A DNA stretch of 64,000 nt, from assembly GCA_905178155.1 (NCBI GenBank), contig CAJINV010000003.1, positions 11,883,105 through 11,947,104 of the forward strand. Reading direction: 5' to 3'. The notes under the pieces are model-generated. The model saw only the letters and a program-made list of their open reading frames with translations. It was not told where the DNA came from and ran no database searches. The translations under genes and the position numbers were made by a program. Source of the stretch: Amoebophrya sp. A120 (Eukaryota; Protista; Dinoflagellata). This document shows, piece after piece, positions 1 through 12,661 of this stretch (the first letter of the stretch is position 1; each line of letters begins with the position of its first letter).

Positions 1-3000
1 AAGCAACGGAGCAGCTGGCGCACGGTGAACAACTGCGCTTTGACGACCCTTCTGACCGTTCTGATTTGAAACTACTTGGGTCGTCCACCACTTCCGGCAG
101 CGCTTCCCCTCGTCCTGCCGGGGCCTTGCAAAAGGAGGAACGGGTCGTGGAGCTGCGAAAATCTGACGACCGAAAACAAGGTCCGCCCCCTCATAGGGAC
201 CTGTTCACCGTCGCGGCGGGCTTGCTACAAATGGCGAACGTGGAGCAGAAGGTCATGCTGAATTATTACGACCACACGGACGTGGGACTGTCCACCGAGA
301 TGGAGGCAAAAGGCAACGAGTTGTTGCAGGACCCGTTGCAGCTGCACCCGTTTGCCTACAACAACCGGAACACGGCCACGACAACCGTCGGCGCCGCCTT
401 TGTCACCGTGCCGACGGACCCCCAGACGCAGGTGGAGCCCGCGGAAGACATGACGTCGAGGACGCGGGCTTGGAAGAAGTGGAAGCAGGACACGCTGCAG
501 GTCTTCCCGCAACTTGCGTTGCGCGTGCGCCAGCTCGCGCGGCTCGGCGACGGGCTGTACGGGCTGGGCAAACTCTTGGGCGCGGTTCCGCCGGGGGGCG
601 GCCCGGGCGCCGGGGCCCCGGCCCTTGGGCCGACAATTGTCTCCAAGATAGGAAGCCGACTGGACACGCACCGAGCCGCGGCGGCGGCGCTGCTGAACCA
701 GGACGGAGGGCAAACGCCGGGGATTCTGGCCCAGCGGAAGAGCGTTCTCGGTTGCTCCCCGGATTCGGCCCCGTCAGCGGAGGAGAAGGACGACGCACAG
801 CTGGCGCCGCTGAGCAAGGTCGAGAAGCTCTGCCCCGTGCTATTCGAGGGGACGCCAACGGACGAAGCCGCTGGAGGCTCGGTAGGGGTCGCGCTTGATA
901 AGATGAAGGCGTTTGTAGGAACCTTCGGTCAAGAGACGCGCCGCGATTGGAAGAAGAAGTGTCCCTGCTTCGAGAAGCCGTTCGAGGAGAATCCGAATGC
1001 AGACGATTGGTATCCAAGAAAAAAACGCTGATAGTGTATGGTAAAAAAAACTTTGTGTTGGAAACGATGCAAGACAGCTACTCTTCGTCGTGTTGTTGAT
1101 TACTTATGCGTCATAGGCTAGCACTAGCTCCATTCTAAGTGCGCGTTTCTTTTCACGAAGCGCTCGCGCATGACAAGTTTTTGCTGTCATGCCAGGCAGC
1201 TCTATCATCGACTTTTTCCTCCAAAGGGTTAATACACTATTTACACAGTTTTGTTTTCTCGGCATAAGTGGGCGAGGAAGTCTGAGGGGTCAAAGCCCGT
1301 ACGGACGGCGCTGCCGTTCTTCCAATTCAGTGACAACTTAGCGGTGATGGACGACCGCCTGGCGCAGTTTTTTGCCTCGGCGAAAGGAAACACGATAAGC
1401 ACCTCGGTGGCCGGGTACGACGGGCGGCCGGAGACCTTTTGGGAGGCGTCCGACGACAAGCGCTACCCGTTCAACCTTCCGGATTATCTCACCTTTGCGG
1501 ACAATTTACTGTCGGAAAAATTCAAGGCAAACGCGGCCGGGTTTCACGCGTGGCCGTCCTTGAAGCAGCATTGCGGGAAAACCGGGTCGGACGAGTCCCG
1601 GTCCGGCTGTCCGGGCGCGGTCTTGCGCATGCTGCTCAACTATGCATTGCAAATATGTCATCTGGGTCCGCAGGAGTGTCCGACGATTTTGTCATGCCAA
1701 ATTTGATCGACACAAAAATCTGTATTCCGTGACCAGGAACAAGAGTCCCCACTTTTGGTTCTTACCAGAAGGCGGCATTCCTCATTCGGATTCAGCATTG
1801 CGGAGCCTTCTCGAAACTTGTGATGCTGGAGCCGACATTCCAGGCCTTCTGGGTCATGCAGAAGCTGCATGACAAAGCTCGCACTTTCCAGACCCAGACA
1901 TATTTGCTTTTGATATCAACCCGCGGTACGGGGTCTCCCCGCGCGCGGCGCCGACCTTCAAGGTCAAGTCCGCGCCCAGGTCCTACGACATTCCCGAAGC
2001 GGACCTGGTTTTGTGGAACGACGACGTCTTTAGCGATTGCACGGACAAAGACGACCTGTCCTGTGTTTCCCAGGCCGACGAGCTGCACGCGAACGGGGGA
2101 CGGTCGCCTGCCGGCACCGGACCTGCGAGCGCGGAAGTGCAGCTGGAGCATTTGGGCACGGCACTGGCCGACCTCCGCATCTGGGCCGAGCAGCTCAGCT
2201 CGGACGGTACCGAGGAGCAGGCAAGCGCCGCCGAGACGGTGGAGGCGACGCGCAACAAGCTGACCGCCTTCATGGGCCACACGGGGCGGGAAATCTTATG
2301 CATTGCAAATATGTCTGGGTCTGGAAGGTGGTAACTTGTCATGGTAAATCAAAATCTGAAGCATACAAAAATCTGTGTTGCATGAGTGCCAAAAACTGTC
2401 CACAGTCGACCAAGTTGGGAGGGAGTTTCTCATGCAGGATAGGCATGGCGGAGACATCGCAGAGTCTGTCACGCTAAGTCCCGCATTCCAGACCTCATGG
2501 GTCATGGAAACTCTGCATGACATCAGCCATGGTATCTGGAAACTCTGCATGACAAGTTTACACTCTTCCAGACCCAGACATTTTTGCACTTGATAAATCT
2601 GGCTCAGTGACAACTGGCTGAAGGATGTGCTCAAGCTCGGCTCGGGCCTCGTGGATTTTGCCAACACCGAACGCTGGCAGCGGAAGGGCTACTTGCGCAA
2701 CGCCCCGACCGTATCGTCCTTCCGAGAAGAAGAGGGTACGACGAACGCGGCGGCGAACGGAATAAATGGTCCGTTCGAAGGACAAGAGGGTTCTTTTTTC
2801 TCGGGCAGCGAAGCCGGAGCCGGAGCCTCCACGGCGCTGGAGCTGAGACCCCCCCAGGAATGGACCGTGCTGTGCTCCGCGTGGCACGTGGCGCACATGG
2901 CGAACCGGGGACCCGCGGGCCGCGACTACGCGAATCTGTTGAACTTTGAGTACCGCCAAGCCCCCTACACCCAGGGCGAGAAGTGGATTATCAAATGCAA

Positions 3001-6000
3001 AAGTGTCTGGGTCTGGAAGGATCCGAACTTGTGATGCGCATTTTAGAACACAGAAAAATCTCTCATGCATAGATAGGAAAAGCTGTCCACTTCCTGTCAC
3101 CAAAATGGAAGATTTCTCATGCGGGCCCCGCATTGCGGAAGCTTCTCGAAACCTGTGATGCGAGAGCTTCCATGCCAGACCATCTGCGTCATGCAAAAAC
3201 AGCATGACTCTCCCAGACCCAGACATTTTTACATTTGATATGGATGCGCGACCTGCAAGTGGCGCGGAAGGATCTCCCGCAGGAGTTGGAAAACTGGGCT
3301 CAGGAGTGGACCAACGCCGGCGTGGATCCCGCGCAGCACGGGTGTCCCGACAGCGAATACAACTTTGTGCAGGAACGTCGACTGCAGCCCGTGGTCCCAG
3401 AAATTCAGCCTCTGCTCGGGAGCCTGCAGCTGCGAAAGTGAAAAATCTCCCTTTATTCAAATGCGAAATTTGTGATGCTGGGTTTGCGTACACCGGGATT
3501 TACAGATCCTGAGCCTGAGTACTTATGTCTATGCTTAGCTGTTTCGCATGGCAGATGCCTGCTCTGTAGGCCCAACAGCATGAGAAATTACCTCCGTGAT
3601 ACAGCGAACACCCCGGGACATGGAGTTGCTTTTTGCAACACAGACTTCCCTTTTGAATAAGGGGAGAGGTGATTTTTCCTCACAATATCAGCTGTGGCTA
3701 CGGGATATCGTCGTCCAGGCAGAGCACGACCTTGCTCGAGAGGGGGATATACATTGCAAATATTTCTGGGCCGGGAAAGTTGTCATGCTAAAACATGAGC
3801 GACAAAGTAGTGACCGCAGTACGCAGCCAAGCATGACAAATATTTGCGCGTTTCTGGAGTGCGTAAAGAGAATTTGTTTTTTTCATATAAACAAAGAAGC
3901 ACAAGCGGAGCACTTGTTTGCTTTTCCGCGGCATGCAATACAAAACTCAGCAGTATGAAGAGATCAGCATCGCAATCTTGCAACCTTCCAGACCCAGATC
4001 GGTAGTTGCAATGGATAGGGGATCTCACCGTGCGAAAGCTGATGGCTTTGACAAAGCAACAGCCGGCGCCGGAAGAACAGTCATATCGTAAAGGAGACTA
4101 CTCGGTGCAGCACGGCAGCGGCGATAAAGGTCGCATGGCCGCCGCCTTGAGCAGCAGTGGGGTTGGAGGGGGACGCGGCCGCGCGTCTCTCGGTACTGTG
4201 TGGGCGTGGGGGAAGTTCGCGGCCGGGGACGGGAGTGTAAAGTGGATGTGCGACAACTTGGCGGCAGCCACGAATGCCAACGATCAGTCGGAGGAGGCAT
4301 CCTCTGTAAAAACGCCCCCAACTCCTACGACGACCCATTCTCAAGATGGGGAGAATTCTGCTCTTACATACTTACACAGATCCAGAAGTGTTCTGACTCA
4401 GACACGACAAGCTTCTCTCTGCAATGTAATGCAGCTTAGCAAGTGCAGCCGTGGATGATGACAGAGCCGTCTGCTTACGACCCTGTCTAGGGCATTTATT
4501 ATGAATTCTAAAACATGACTAGAGCTGCTTCCTAAGCTGGCGATACTATACGCACTTTACAAATGTTCTTCGTAAAAAATGCGAATGTGTGTGACATCTA
4601 CTCGGGGGTGGGGACGTTTTTACTCACGATAGAAGGGCATGGAAAGCTACAAGTTGCGGATGGACGGCATTGAGAACGAGAAGTTCGATCCGGTGCTCAA
4701 AATGGCCGAACAAAGCGAATGGATGGACACAGCGGGGAGGAGTGGAGGTCAAGAAAAAGGTCCACCGCGCGAGGAACCGCCACAGCAAGAGGAAGGGATT
4801 TCTTCTACGAGCGTCTACAGCAAGAGGAAGGGACAACTATCTATGAGCTTTATCCAAGGAAGGGATTTATTCGGTGGAAGTGCAGCTAACAGCGGCTACC
4901 AGAGAAATCGCCGGCACTACATTAGTTCGAAATACAAGTTGCTGGCCCAGAAGTTTTCGGACAAGAGTCTGACGAACATTTGCAAACAGAAGTCGCAGTT
5001 TGAAACCATGGGCGGCGTGTGTGAAGACATGCAGTCCCTTGGCGCTCAGTTTAGCGATTCGGCGGGAACGCGGACCGGTGTGCAGGAGACCATGGCGCTG
5101 GCGCGGAGGCTGAACGAAGAAGGGATGGAGCAGAAAGCGGCTACGAATATCGAGTGCATTGAGTTGTCTGCGCCTGGAACGAGAGTGAGCCTGTTGATAT
5201 TGTCATGCATTTTTCGCATCACGCCGATTTTCTAGCATGCAGACAAACGCATCACAGGTCTGATTGTCGAGGGGTTTTTCATGTCGCCGATTCTCCATGG
5301 GAAATTGGGTTGCTGCATAGCAAAAACCAGCGGCCAACTGTTGCCGTTCCGCCTCCAGCACTACAGATGTTTCCATGTGAACCGGAGTAAGCTTTATGTT
5401 CATTCCAGACCCAGGCACAGTTGAAAAAATGCATAGTGCAGGCGGTTAAGCAGAAGGCCAGACAGGCACGGCTCAGCGCCGAGGCGGACCGTGAAGCCGC
5501 CGCCGCGGCTATCATATTGAAGTCCATCGCCTCGTCCCCATAATCGAAGGGCAACATGTGTTAATGCTGCTTTCGTATATACAGAAATCAAACTCGTCAG
5601 TGTTATGTCAGAAGGCAAGACGCGCGTAGCGTGCCCTAATGCTCTGAAGCAGCGGAAAGCGTTGCATGTGCAGCATGGGAAGCACAAACCGCATTTTCAT
5701 AAATAGCATGACGATCTGCCTGCATAAACTGAGCCGCGAGTGAGCCTCCTTGCCTTGCAGCGACACAAGCCGATAGTAGCGACTTGTGTACTTACACAAA
5801 CCATGTGTGAGAAGGAGCCTCCTTCTGAATATGGGGAGGAGTGGCGATTTTCCTCACAATAGCGGCCGCCAAAGTCGAGGCACAGAAGAAGGCCGAAGCC
5901 GCCGCCGCCGATATCAAAATGAAAAATCCCGCCTCCCCATATTGGAGCGGAAATTTCTGTTGCTGGATTTGTGTACACAAAATGTCTTGCGGTGAGGCAC

Positions 6001-8571
6001 TGCAGGCAAAGCCTAAGCCGGTGTAGGGTGTTTTGGTATAGGTGCTTAGCATAGCAGAGGCCTGCTATGTGGTCGGCGCAACAGCATTACAAATTGCCTG
6101 CTCATAGTTCCAGACTTTTTGTGTTTGCCCTCCTGCAAGACAGACTCCATAAATCAGCGTCGCTAATTTTCAGCAGCATACCTTTTCGGTATGGGGACGG
6201 GGGATTTTTCTTCACGATAGCCGAGAAGGCCAAAGCAGAGGCGACCGCCGCCGCCGAGAAGGCCAAAGCAGAGGCGACCGCCGCCGCCGAGAAGGCCAAA
6301 GCAGAGGCGACCGCCGCCGCCGAGAAGGCCAAAGCAGAGGCGGAAGAGGCGGAGCGCAAGGAGGCGGAGGACAAGGCAGCGGCGGAGGCGAAAGCCGCGG
6401 CGGATGCAGCGGAGGCGGAGCAGAAGCGGCTTGACGGTCTGACCAGAGTGGAGAAGGCATTCGACGGGAAATCGCAGGACGAAAAACAACGCATCTACCA
6501 GAGGGAATTGGGGGAAGAAAATTGGAATAGCGAGGACAAAGCAGAAGCACTGAAACTCCTAGACCTACCGCGACAGGATTTCATTAAAGACAGCGCAGCA
6601 CTGCAGACTACCTCGAATATGCCGGACACCGAGCTCGGAAAACATCCCGCGCAGCCTGCCGGCACACCAGAGGACCAGCGCAGCAGCGCCCCAAATGTTG
6701 AGGACAACGCTTCACAGACAAAGACCTGGTTAACGTCTATCCTGTGTAAAAACCGATGGTACAATCCCTACTAGGCCACACTTGTCATCATGCGCATTTA
6801 CATCATGTGCAGAAGTAACATTTGTGAGTAATCGTGCCTCTCCATGAGGGGCATTTGCATTTGTGGTTGTGTTTTCGCAGTTGAAATTATGCTGCGAAGA
6901 GGATAACAAGCATTTGCGCTACGGCTAATCCTGTTACTTAAGAGCACTGTACCACAGAAGCAAGAGGCATGCATGGCAGCGAAAGCTTCACGACTTGCTT
7001 AGCAGGAAAGCACCCATCTTGACGAGTGTGGGGTACTTACTAGGGATCATGATGTCGTCGGTTTTTACTCACGATAACGTCCTTCCTCGAGATTCTTGCT
7101 ACCACTGTCAACCCCGCAAAGTGGAAAACAAAACGCATGTTGCGCCGCGTGCCCAGATCGCCGAAGTCCGGAACTCCTGAAGATGTTCCCGCAGCTTTGG
7201 ACGGAGCTTTGAGTCCCGGTGCAGCTCCTGCATTTGGTGCCGGATCCGAGGAGGAAGCTAGCGCAAAAAAAGAATCTTCGTCTACTCCATCAACATCCGA
7301 GGGTGAGAATAACCTAGAAGAAGTCGCAAATAACCCGGTAAATGAAGATGAAGCAGAAGTAATCAGAACCGCTGCTTCGCTGCAACAACTGTCCGAAAAG
7401 AGAAAGATTTCAACACCGGAGGTTCGAACCACGACAACCTCCGCTGAGCAGGAACCCAGCGATGCTCTGTCCCCTTCTTCCTTCCTGCAATTTTACGATG
7501 ACATGTCCGAGGTGCTGAGCGGTTTCGTGGAACCTTGCGAGTCCCTGCTGCAAAAGAAGGCCGACTTCGAAATTGCGGCCGGAAAAAAGTTTCAAAAAGA
7601 GGAAAAGGAGGAGGGAAAAACAGAGCAGGAGGGGGGTGGCGAGAAAGGTGAAAAGGAGGAGGATAAGTTGAGTGACTTCGCGGATACGGACGTAGAGAAA
7701 GAGAACGCAAAAGATGGTCAGTGGTACGAACAGGAAGCAAGAAACGCCGACGAGAAGCTGGCGACGATGGCTAAGAGCAAGTTGGGGGAACAAGCGACGA
7801 GCGAGTTGGAGGTGGACGCGTTCAGTTTTTTCGAATCGCTGGATCAGATAAACACCGACCTGATAGCACAGCTGAAAGCGCTCGCGGCGCACGCCAAGTG
7901 CCCGACCCACGCATTCCGGTGTGAGCCCCTGGTCAAGGGCCAGCAGGAGTCTCTGGAGCTGGGCACCAGCATCAAGATCGAGGGGCATATCAAATGTAAA
8001 AATGTCTGGGTCTGGAAAAGTGCCAGACTTGTCATGCACGTTTTCCATGACCCATGAGGTCTGGTATGTAGGACATAGCATGACAGATTCTGTGAGAGTT
8101 CTATCATGCCTACCCTGCATCAGAAACTGCCGCTCGATTAGGTCAAAAGTCGACAGCTTTTGGCAGTCAGATTTAGCAAGACAAGTTGCGTTGTTCCAGA
8201 CCCAGACATTTTTGCATTTGATAGGGCAGTGCTTGACGCAACTCTCGGACTGGTCCGCCAAGTGCGCCCACGAGACGCTCGCGCGGAAGATGTGCACCGA
8301 CGTGAAGGACCCCGGGCTGGACGACACGGATCTCGACGCGAAAGCGGAACTCCTCAATTTACCCCCAGGCTTGCGCGACCAGGTGGTGCAGCACAGTTGC
8401 GAGAATTTGTTGCAAGGGGAGAAGGCGGTGGAGGAGGCGTTCACCACGTCGAACGAGTTGAAGGTGCCAGGGACGGATGCGAAGGAAAAGGGTTCGCTGC
8501 TTTCCGATGCGGAACGCGAAGAAGTCGGGAACGGCTTGGGCGAGTTTATCCAAGACTTGCCTGACGATTAA
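1..8571 (+). CDS. Large hypothetical protein (5'-truncated), 13 exons separated by 12 TIR introner-type introns; C-terminal part contains an Ala/Glu/Lys coiled-coil repeat
   Basis: Frame is open from base 3. ORFs 66-1031, 1251-, 2011-, 2627-, 3235-, 3596-, 4006-, 4639-, 5841-, 6067-, 7137- and 7921-8571 join in frame when each element plus one 5-bp repeat is removed (DDW|ARK, LLN|PRY, EI|WLS, EKW|MRD, EG|QCL). Stop TAA at 8569-8571. No recognisable domain. Confidence 0.75.
1011..1266. mobile_element. TIR introner, family D (TATCCxAGAAAA...)
   Basis: Ends tatccaagaaaa...ttttctcggcata, degenerate inverted repeat including atagtgtat/atacactat; flanks attgg (1006-1010) / agtgg (1267-1271); frame restored. 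Confidence 0.7.
1641..1915. mobile_element. TIR introner, family A
   Basis: tatgcattgcaaatatgtc...ttccagacccagacatatttgcttttgata; perfect repeat tcaac 1636-1640 / 1916-1920; frame restored. Confidence 0.9.
2297..2595. mobile_element. TIR introner, family A
   Basis: tatgcattgcaaatatgtctgggtctggaa...ttccagacccagacatttttgcacttgata; perfect repeat aatct; frame restored (EIWLSD). Confidence 0.92.
2989..3240. mobile_element. TIR introner, family A
   Basis: tatcaaatgcaaaagtgtctgggtctggaa...cccagacccagacatttttacatttgata; perfect repeat tggat; frame restored (EKWMRD). Confidence 0.92.
3431..3687. mobile_element. TIR introner, family B (degenerate 5' end)
   Basis: gaaaaatctccctttattcaa...ttgaataaggggagaggtgatttttcctcacaata; flanks gcagc/tcagc; frame restored (LQLWLRD). 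Confidence 0.75.
3748..4017. mobile_element. TIR introner, family A
   Basis: tatacattgcaaatatttctgggccggg...ttccagacccagatcggtagttgcaatggata; perfect repeat gggga; frame restored (EGDLTV). Confidence 0.88.
4298..4631. mobile_element. TIR introner, family C (TATCcTGAGTAAAAACG)
   Basis: catcctctgtaaaaacgccccc...ggggacgtttttactcacgata; flanks ggagg/gaagg; frame restored. Confidence 0.75.
5148..5435. mobile_element. TIR introner, family A (degenerate)
   Basis: tatcgagtgc..gtctgcgcctggaa / ttccagacccaggc..atgcata; flanks acgaa/gtgca do not match, but the 5-nt geometry keeps the frame. Confidence 0.65.
5510..5861. mobile_element. TIR introner, family B
   Basis: tatcatattg..tcgcctcgtccccata / tatggggaggagtggcgattttcctcacaata; perfect repeat gcggc; frame restored. 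Confidence 0.85.
5912..6219. mobile_element. TIR introner, family B
   Basis: tatcaaaatgaaaaatcccgcctccccata / tatggggacgggggatttttcttcacgata; perfect repeat gccga; frame restored. Confidence 0.9.
6220..6342 (+). repeat. Coding tandem repeat, 33-bp unit (AEKAKAEATAA), about 3.7 copies
   Basis: gccgagaaggccaaagcagaggcgaccgccgcc repeated exactly three times plus a partial copy. Confidence 0.95.
6738..7076. mobile_element. TIR introner, family C
   Basis: tatcctgtgtaaaaaccga / tcggtttttactcacgata; perfect repeat acgtc; joins ORF 6067 to ORF 7137 in frame. Confidence 0.88.
7988..8223. mobile_element. TIR introner, family A, inverted orientation relative to 2297-2595
   Basis: Near-perfect 30-bp TIRs; perfect repeat gggca; interior is the reverse complement of the 2297 copy; frame restored (IEGQCL). 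Confidence 0.92.
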
Positions 8572-9655
8572 AGTAAATTGTATGTAGGTTGTAGGATGGC
8601 CATTTTGAAGGTCGAAGCTAGTAGTTTTGATACTTTTTCAAGAACTTCTCCCACCTTCTTTTTTTCAACGAATTTTTTTGTACAATGGAGGGAGTGATAG
8701 TTAACGAACCTGGTCGACGCATTCACTTGAGAATATTGGCAAACCACGTTTCGAGAATGATAAAACCAAACCCATCTAGCGAAGTGATAGACGAAATTAA
8801 GTCGAATGGTATCAACAGAGAATAAAGCGAAGTTTTAGCTGATTTGTGTTGTTATTCTATTTTTACCATCATGACCACGACGTCATGACTTTTTTTTGAA
8901 AGGAGTGTGTCAGCCTGGTACTTCCACATGCGTACAGCACGTGGAGCCCCCCCGCTGTGGTGCAACTAGCACGACATGCGCTGCCCTTTATCAGACTCGA
9001 CAGCTACTTCAGCATCTCTTGTGTCCGTTGAATGTCAAAAACAACAAGCGAAAAAATAAATGTCATTTTAGATAGAAGACTAGCAGGCCTCTACTAATAT
9101 TAGCGACGAAGATTAGAGACAGGGCCGGAGGCAAATGCGCGATTTCCTAGAAGGTGTGCCCTCGCATCTGACCACGGAGTGGCAGAGCTTTTTTTGAAAA
9201 CGAACATGAAACGTGGACATGAAGATAAGTAGAACAAACGAATAGCTGACTCCTTCCCAAAAGGGAACCCTTGGCAGCTGTGATAGCCTCAGCTAGTAGG
9301 GATTGTTCATCCGGGTAGAGAATCTGAGAGGCTACTTTGGGTTGGGCAGACAGTAGTGCTTACTTTACCACTTCATTGGCCTATTGGATTATTTTTGAAA
9401 CACAGGAGTTTTAGCCACTTGCCTTCTTGACGTATAGCTGCTTTCAGAGAGCAGGGAGATTGCGAAGGCCGAACTCTTCCCAAAAATTTTGATTTATCAA
9501 AGAAAAGCAAGCGTTCTATTCTTTAGACATAAGGCTTGCAATAGATTGCGCCTTGAAATTAAAGACACTAGCGCTCTCTGACAAGAACAGAGAGTAAACG
9601 TAGTATTTCAACGACAATCTACTTCAGCGATAACGATCAGAATCAGTTCAAAAAG

Positions 9656-11654
9656 ATGCCCGAGCTCCACCAACGCTCACCGGAAGCGAAGCTAGAGCTT
9701 CCGATCGCAGCAGCGGCAGAGAACCTCAAGCCTCCTGCCGAGCAAACAGCTCGCTTAGGAGCGCAAACCACTAAAGCAGCAGCACAAAGTACTACTTCCA
9801 GTGGCACAACCGCAACATCAAACGGAGTATCAAAGCCAATTATCGCAACGACCGGGACGACCAAACTCCCCACGCTCTTCCCGCTCCGCACGGTTACCTA
9901 CCGGAACAAGGTGGAACTTGGCATCGCGTGCCGCTTCGTTTTGAGCTACTTGGCCGTGTTGCTGACCGTTTTCCAGAAGCTGTTTTACAATGAAAGAAAC
10001 AACGATATTGGTACATCAACGGGGAGGACAAAAACAAATAAAAGGAGCAAGGAGAGTTTCTACTCCGATCTGTTTTCCTTGCTCCCGGCGTCAAACATGT
10101 TGACCAAAACTGTCCTGATGCGCACCCACGAGCCCGCGCTGTACTTTATCCCCTTGATCGAGCGCATTTTCGCGGTGGTCTTCACGAAGTGGACGCCGCG
10201 CGTTGCGAAGGAGTTTATCAAGCAGTGCGGGGTGACAAATTTGCTGCTCGAAGACAAGATCGCCGGATTCCTGGAAAAAAGATTGGGAAAAACGCAGAAA
10301 TACAGCAACAGAGCAGGAGGGCAGAAGACGAGCAGTGCGAACGGAGTATATTTGGTTTATTCAAGACGAAAGAATGTTCTCGGGGTGTGATCTCCTGCAT
10401 TTCGATGCATTTTTTCTTTGTTCCCCCCGTTGATTTGATAGGCGAAAGTTTTTTTTTTAGCACGATTTGATAAAAAGTCATGAACTTACACTAACCGCAA
10501 CCCAGACTACTTCGTCCATTTCATCGGCTGCGAAAATCCAGTTGACCGTGTTCTCCTTTCCCTTCCTTTTTCTCGACGTCATCCGCTCCTACACGCCTAA
10601 GTCCGACGGCCCGGTGGATTTCGCGTTCCAGATGATCGAGATGGTTTACAACGCTGCGGTAAATTTCGCGACGAAAATCTCCCCAGCAGTTTCCACCTTT
10701 CTCGCGGAGCACATCCCCTTCCTCGTAAACGAGCAGAGCTTACGAAAATTCGGGAAAACCTCCCACGAGTTTAAGACCTTTTTCCGGAAGGCGGTCGCGA
10801 GACACGTCTTGGCGATCGACTTGGAGGAGGTGGAGGAGCTGCGGAAACTGTACTTGGAAAGTCCGGAGCTTGTGGTTCTAAAACCCTCGGCAGAAGACCG
10901 GGAGTACGCGATTTTGCAGGACCGGTTCTTCATCAAAAACAGGAAAAGCAGCTCCCGGGGTTCGACCGCAGAGTCGGGCTCGTCGGGAGTTGTAGTCGGT
11001 GTAGCAGGTCTGAATGAGGACGCGGAGCAGAAGTATGACGGCAATAATTCTTCATCTTTGTACAATCAGGCTGGAGTAATAAATGACCGAAACGCGGCAA
11101 ATGCAATCGACGAGGATGACGTTCTCGTCGCGGACTCTGTGGACGAGGTTTTGGAAAATCTTGTCACGATTAAAACCTTGCGAAAGCGCTTGGCGCAGGT
11201 TGAGGAGAAGCTCGGAATCACGACCAGCAACAACTCAAGAAGCTGCGACACAAGTGATGACCCACTCGCAGGAGCCTGCAGTTCTTCCGACCAGGAGAGT
11301 GTATTCTCCGGTACGTCCAGTAACATGGCGTCGCCAAATCGAACAGAGGCGGTCCTCTCCGTTGCAAGTTCTTCCTCTCCGAAGCCAGAAGTAGGACCAC
11401 CATCCGACGCAAATAAGCCGATGAAACTCGATTTGAAACACGTGGTCACCACGGCGGGTAGCGCGTTTGAGCAGGAAGTAGTTTTATTCGCGGGTTCATC
11501 GTGTTTGCAGCAGGAGGAAGCTGTGGATTTTCAGGAAGATGCGGAAGAGCAGGAGCAAGTGAAGCAAGAATTCTCTTCCCGGTCTTTGAACAGCAGCAAC
11601 TTTGACCAAACCGAACAGGCGACCACCACAACCGGGTCAGATCTGGGGGAGTGA
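9656..11654 (+). CDS. Hypothetical protein, two exons, one predicted TM segment near the N-terminus
   Basis: ORFs 9656-10390 and 10467-11654 flank an AT-rich gap. A GT-AG intron 10346-10541 joins them in frame; a degenerate TIR-type intron at about 10270-10580 is an alternative. Confidence 0.55.
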
Positions 11655-12661
11655 TGCGACGTTGATGAACTGCAAGATGAAATTTGTAACGGAGTGGGTA
11701 GAAGTACGGCGCTCTTCTTCTACTAGCCACAGAACAAAATTTCTTTTCAACCAGAATTCGCCATGAACAGCACCGTTTTTGGTCTCCAAAGATTGTTGAT
11801 TGATGATGAGAGCCGTGAAAATTTTACGGCGCGTCATTGGGAACAAAGTTTCTATTAGGAAAATATGGAAAAAAGAGAACCAAAACTTTACCGAATCGAG
11901 ACAAATTAAGCTTTATTGTGCCATTTGCCGCTGGCGCTCGGGCTCGGTTGAGTACGAGCGTCGAGCCAAATGGAGCTACGCCTAATCAGTTCTATTCAAA
12001 TGAAAAAGCTAAATGTACCACTACCAAAGACGAATTTCAACAAATCACATGTAGCAGTTGTCAAGCTCCTTATTCAGAATAAACCACCAGATTTACTGCA
12101 GAGACTACAACACCCTGTAAAGCTTTTGGCCAAGCACAAATTTGAATTTGAATTTGTAGAGGTAGCGAGGACGCATCAAAGGAACTCAGAGACGACGGCG
12201 TCGGCGGCTGCGGGCGGAGTGGAAAGCGGGGCTGTTATTTTATTTCCTGTTGTCTCCAACCTCAATTCCGCAAGAGCGACCGAGCAGCAACGCAGTTTGC
12301 GAGGGCACAAGAAGGGAGAGATTGATGGTCGCGTCCAGAGTAAAGAAGTATGAAAAAAGCCAGAGAGTTGTGCTCCCGAGCGGAGTGGAGTGGAAAGCTC
12401 TGGAAGAATTGTCCAGTTTTTTCGTCCCGGCTTCAGGAGACGCGTTTCTGCTTCACATGCGTGTCCATGCTACTGTCGCGTTTCTGCTTCACATAAAATT
12501 CACATTCACGCTCAAATCGCGAATAGTCTGGCAAAGCGCAATCTTTTGATATCACAAAAATCATTGATGTTCTGGGGTAAGAGTAAGTGTAAGATTTTCT
12601 TGTGTCTGCGAAATTTATCTTGTTAAGTACTTAAATTGATAAAATCTGTGTCTCCGTTTCG

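Noticed and set aside
1641-1915. Tc1/mariner-type TA target duplication
   Set aside because: The TA is part of the inverted repeat; removing the element plus one TA breaks the frame here, and a 5-bp duplication lies outside it in most copies.
1272-3430. Nucleosome-like periodicity of exon lengths (369, 376, 388, 185 nt)
   Set aside because: Other exons (55, 275, 511, 513, 906 nt) do not fit and the sample is too small.
1641-8223. CRISPR-like array of recurring 30-bp repeats (gtctgggtctggaa / ttccagacccagac)
   Set aside because: The repeats are paired inverted termini 230-300 bp apart with flanking duplications, irregularly spaced, in eukaryotic DNA with no cas genes.
225-8447. Minus-strand ORFs overlapping the reconstructed genes
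   Set aside because: Shadow frames of GC-rich + strand coding sequence; they run through the elements without the frame-restoring pattern.
8595-8620. Relic dinoflagellate spliced leader (gccattttg, also at 63601)
   Set aside because: Only a 9-nt match to the 22-nt leader, and located just downstream of genes; compatible with chance.
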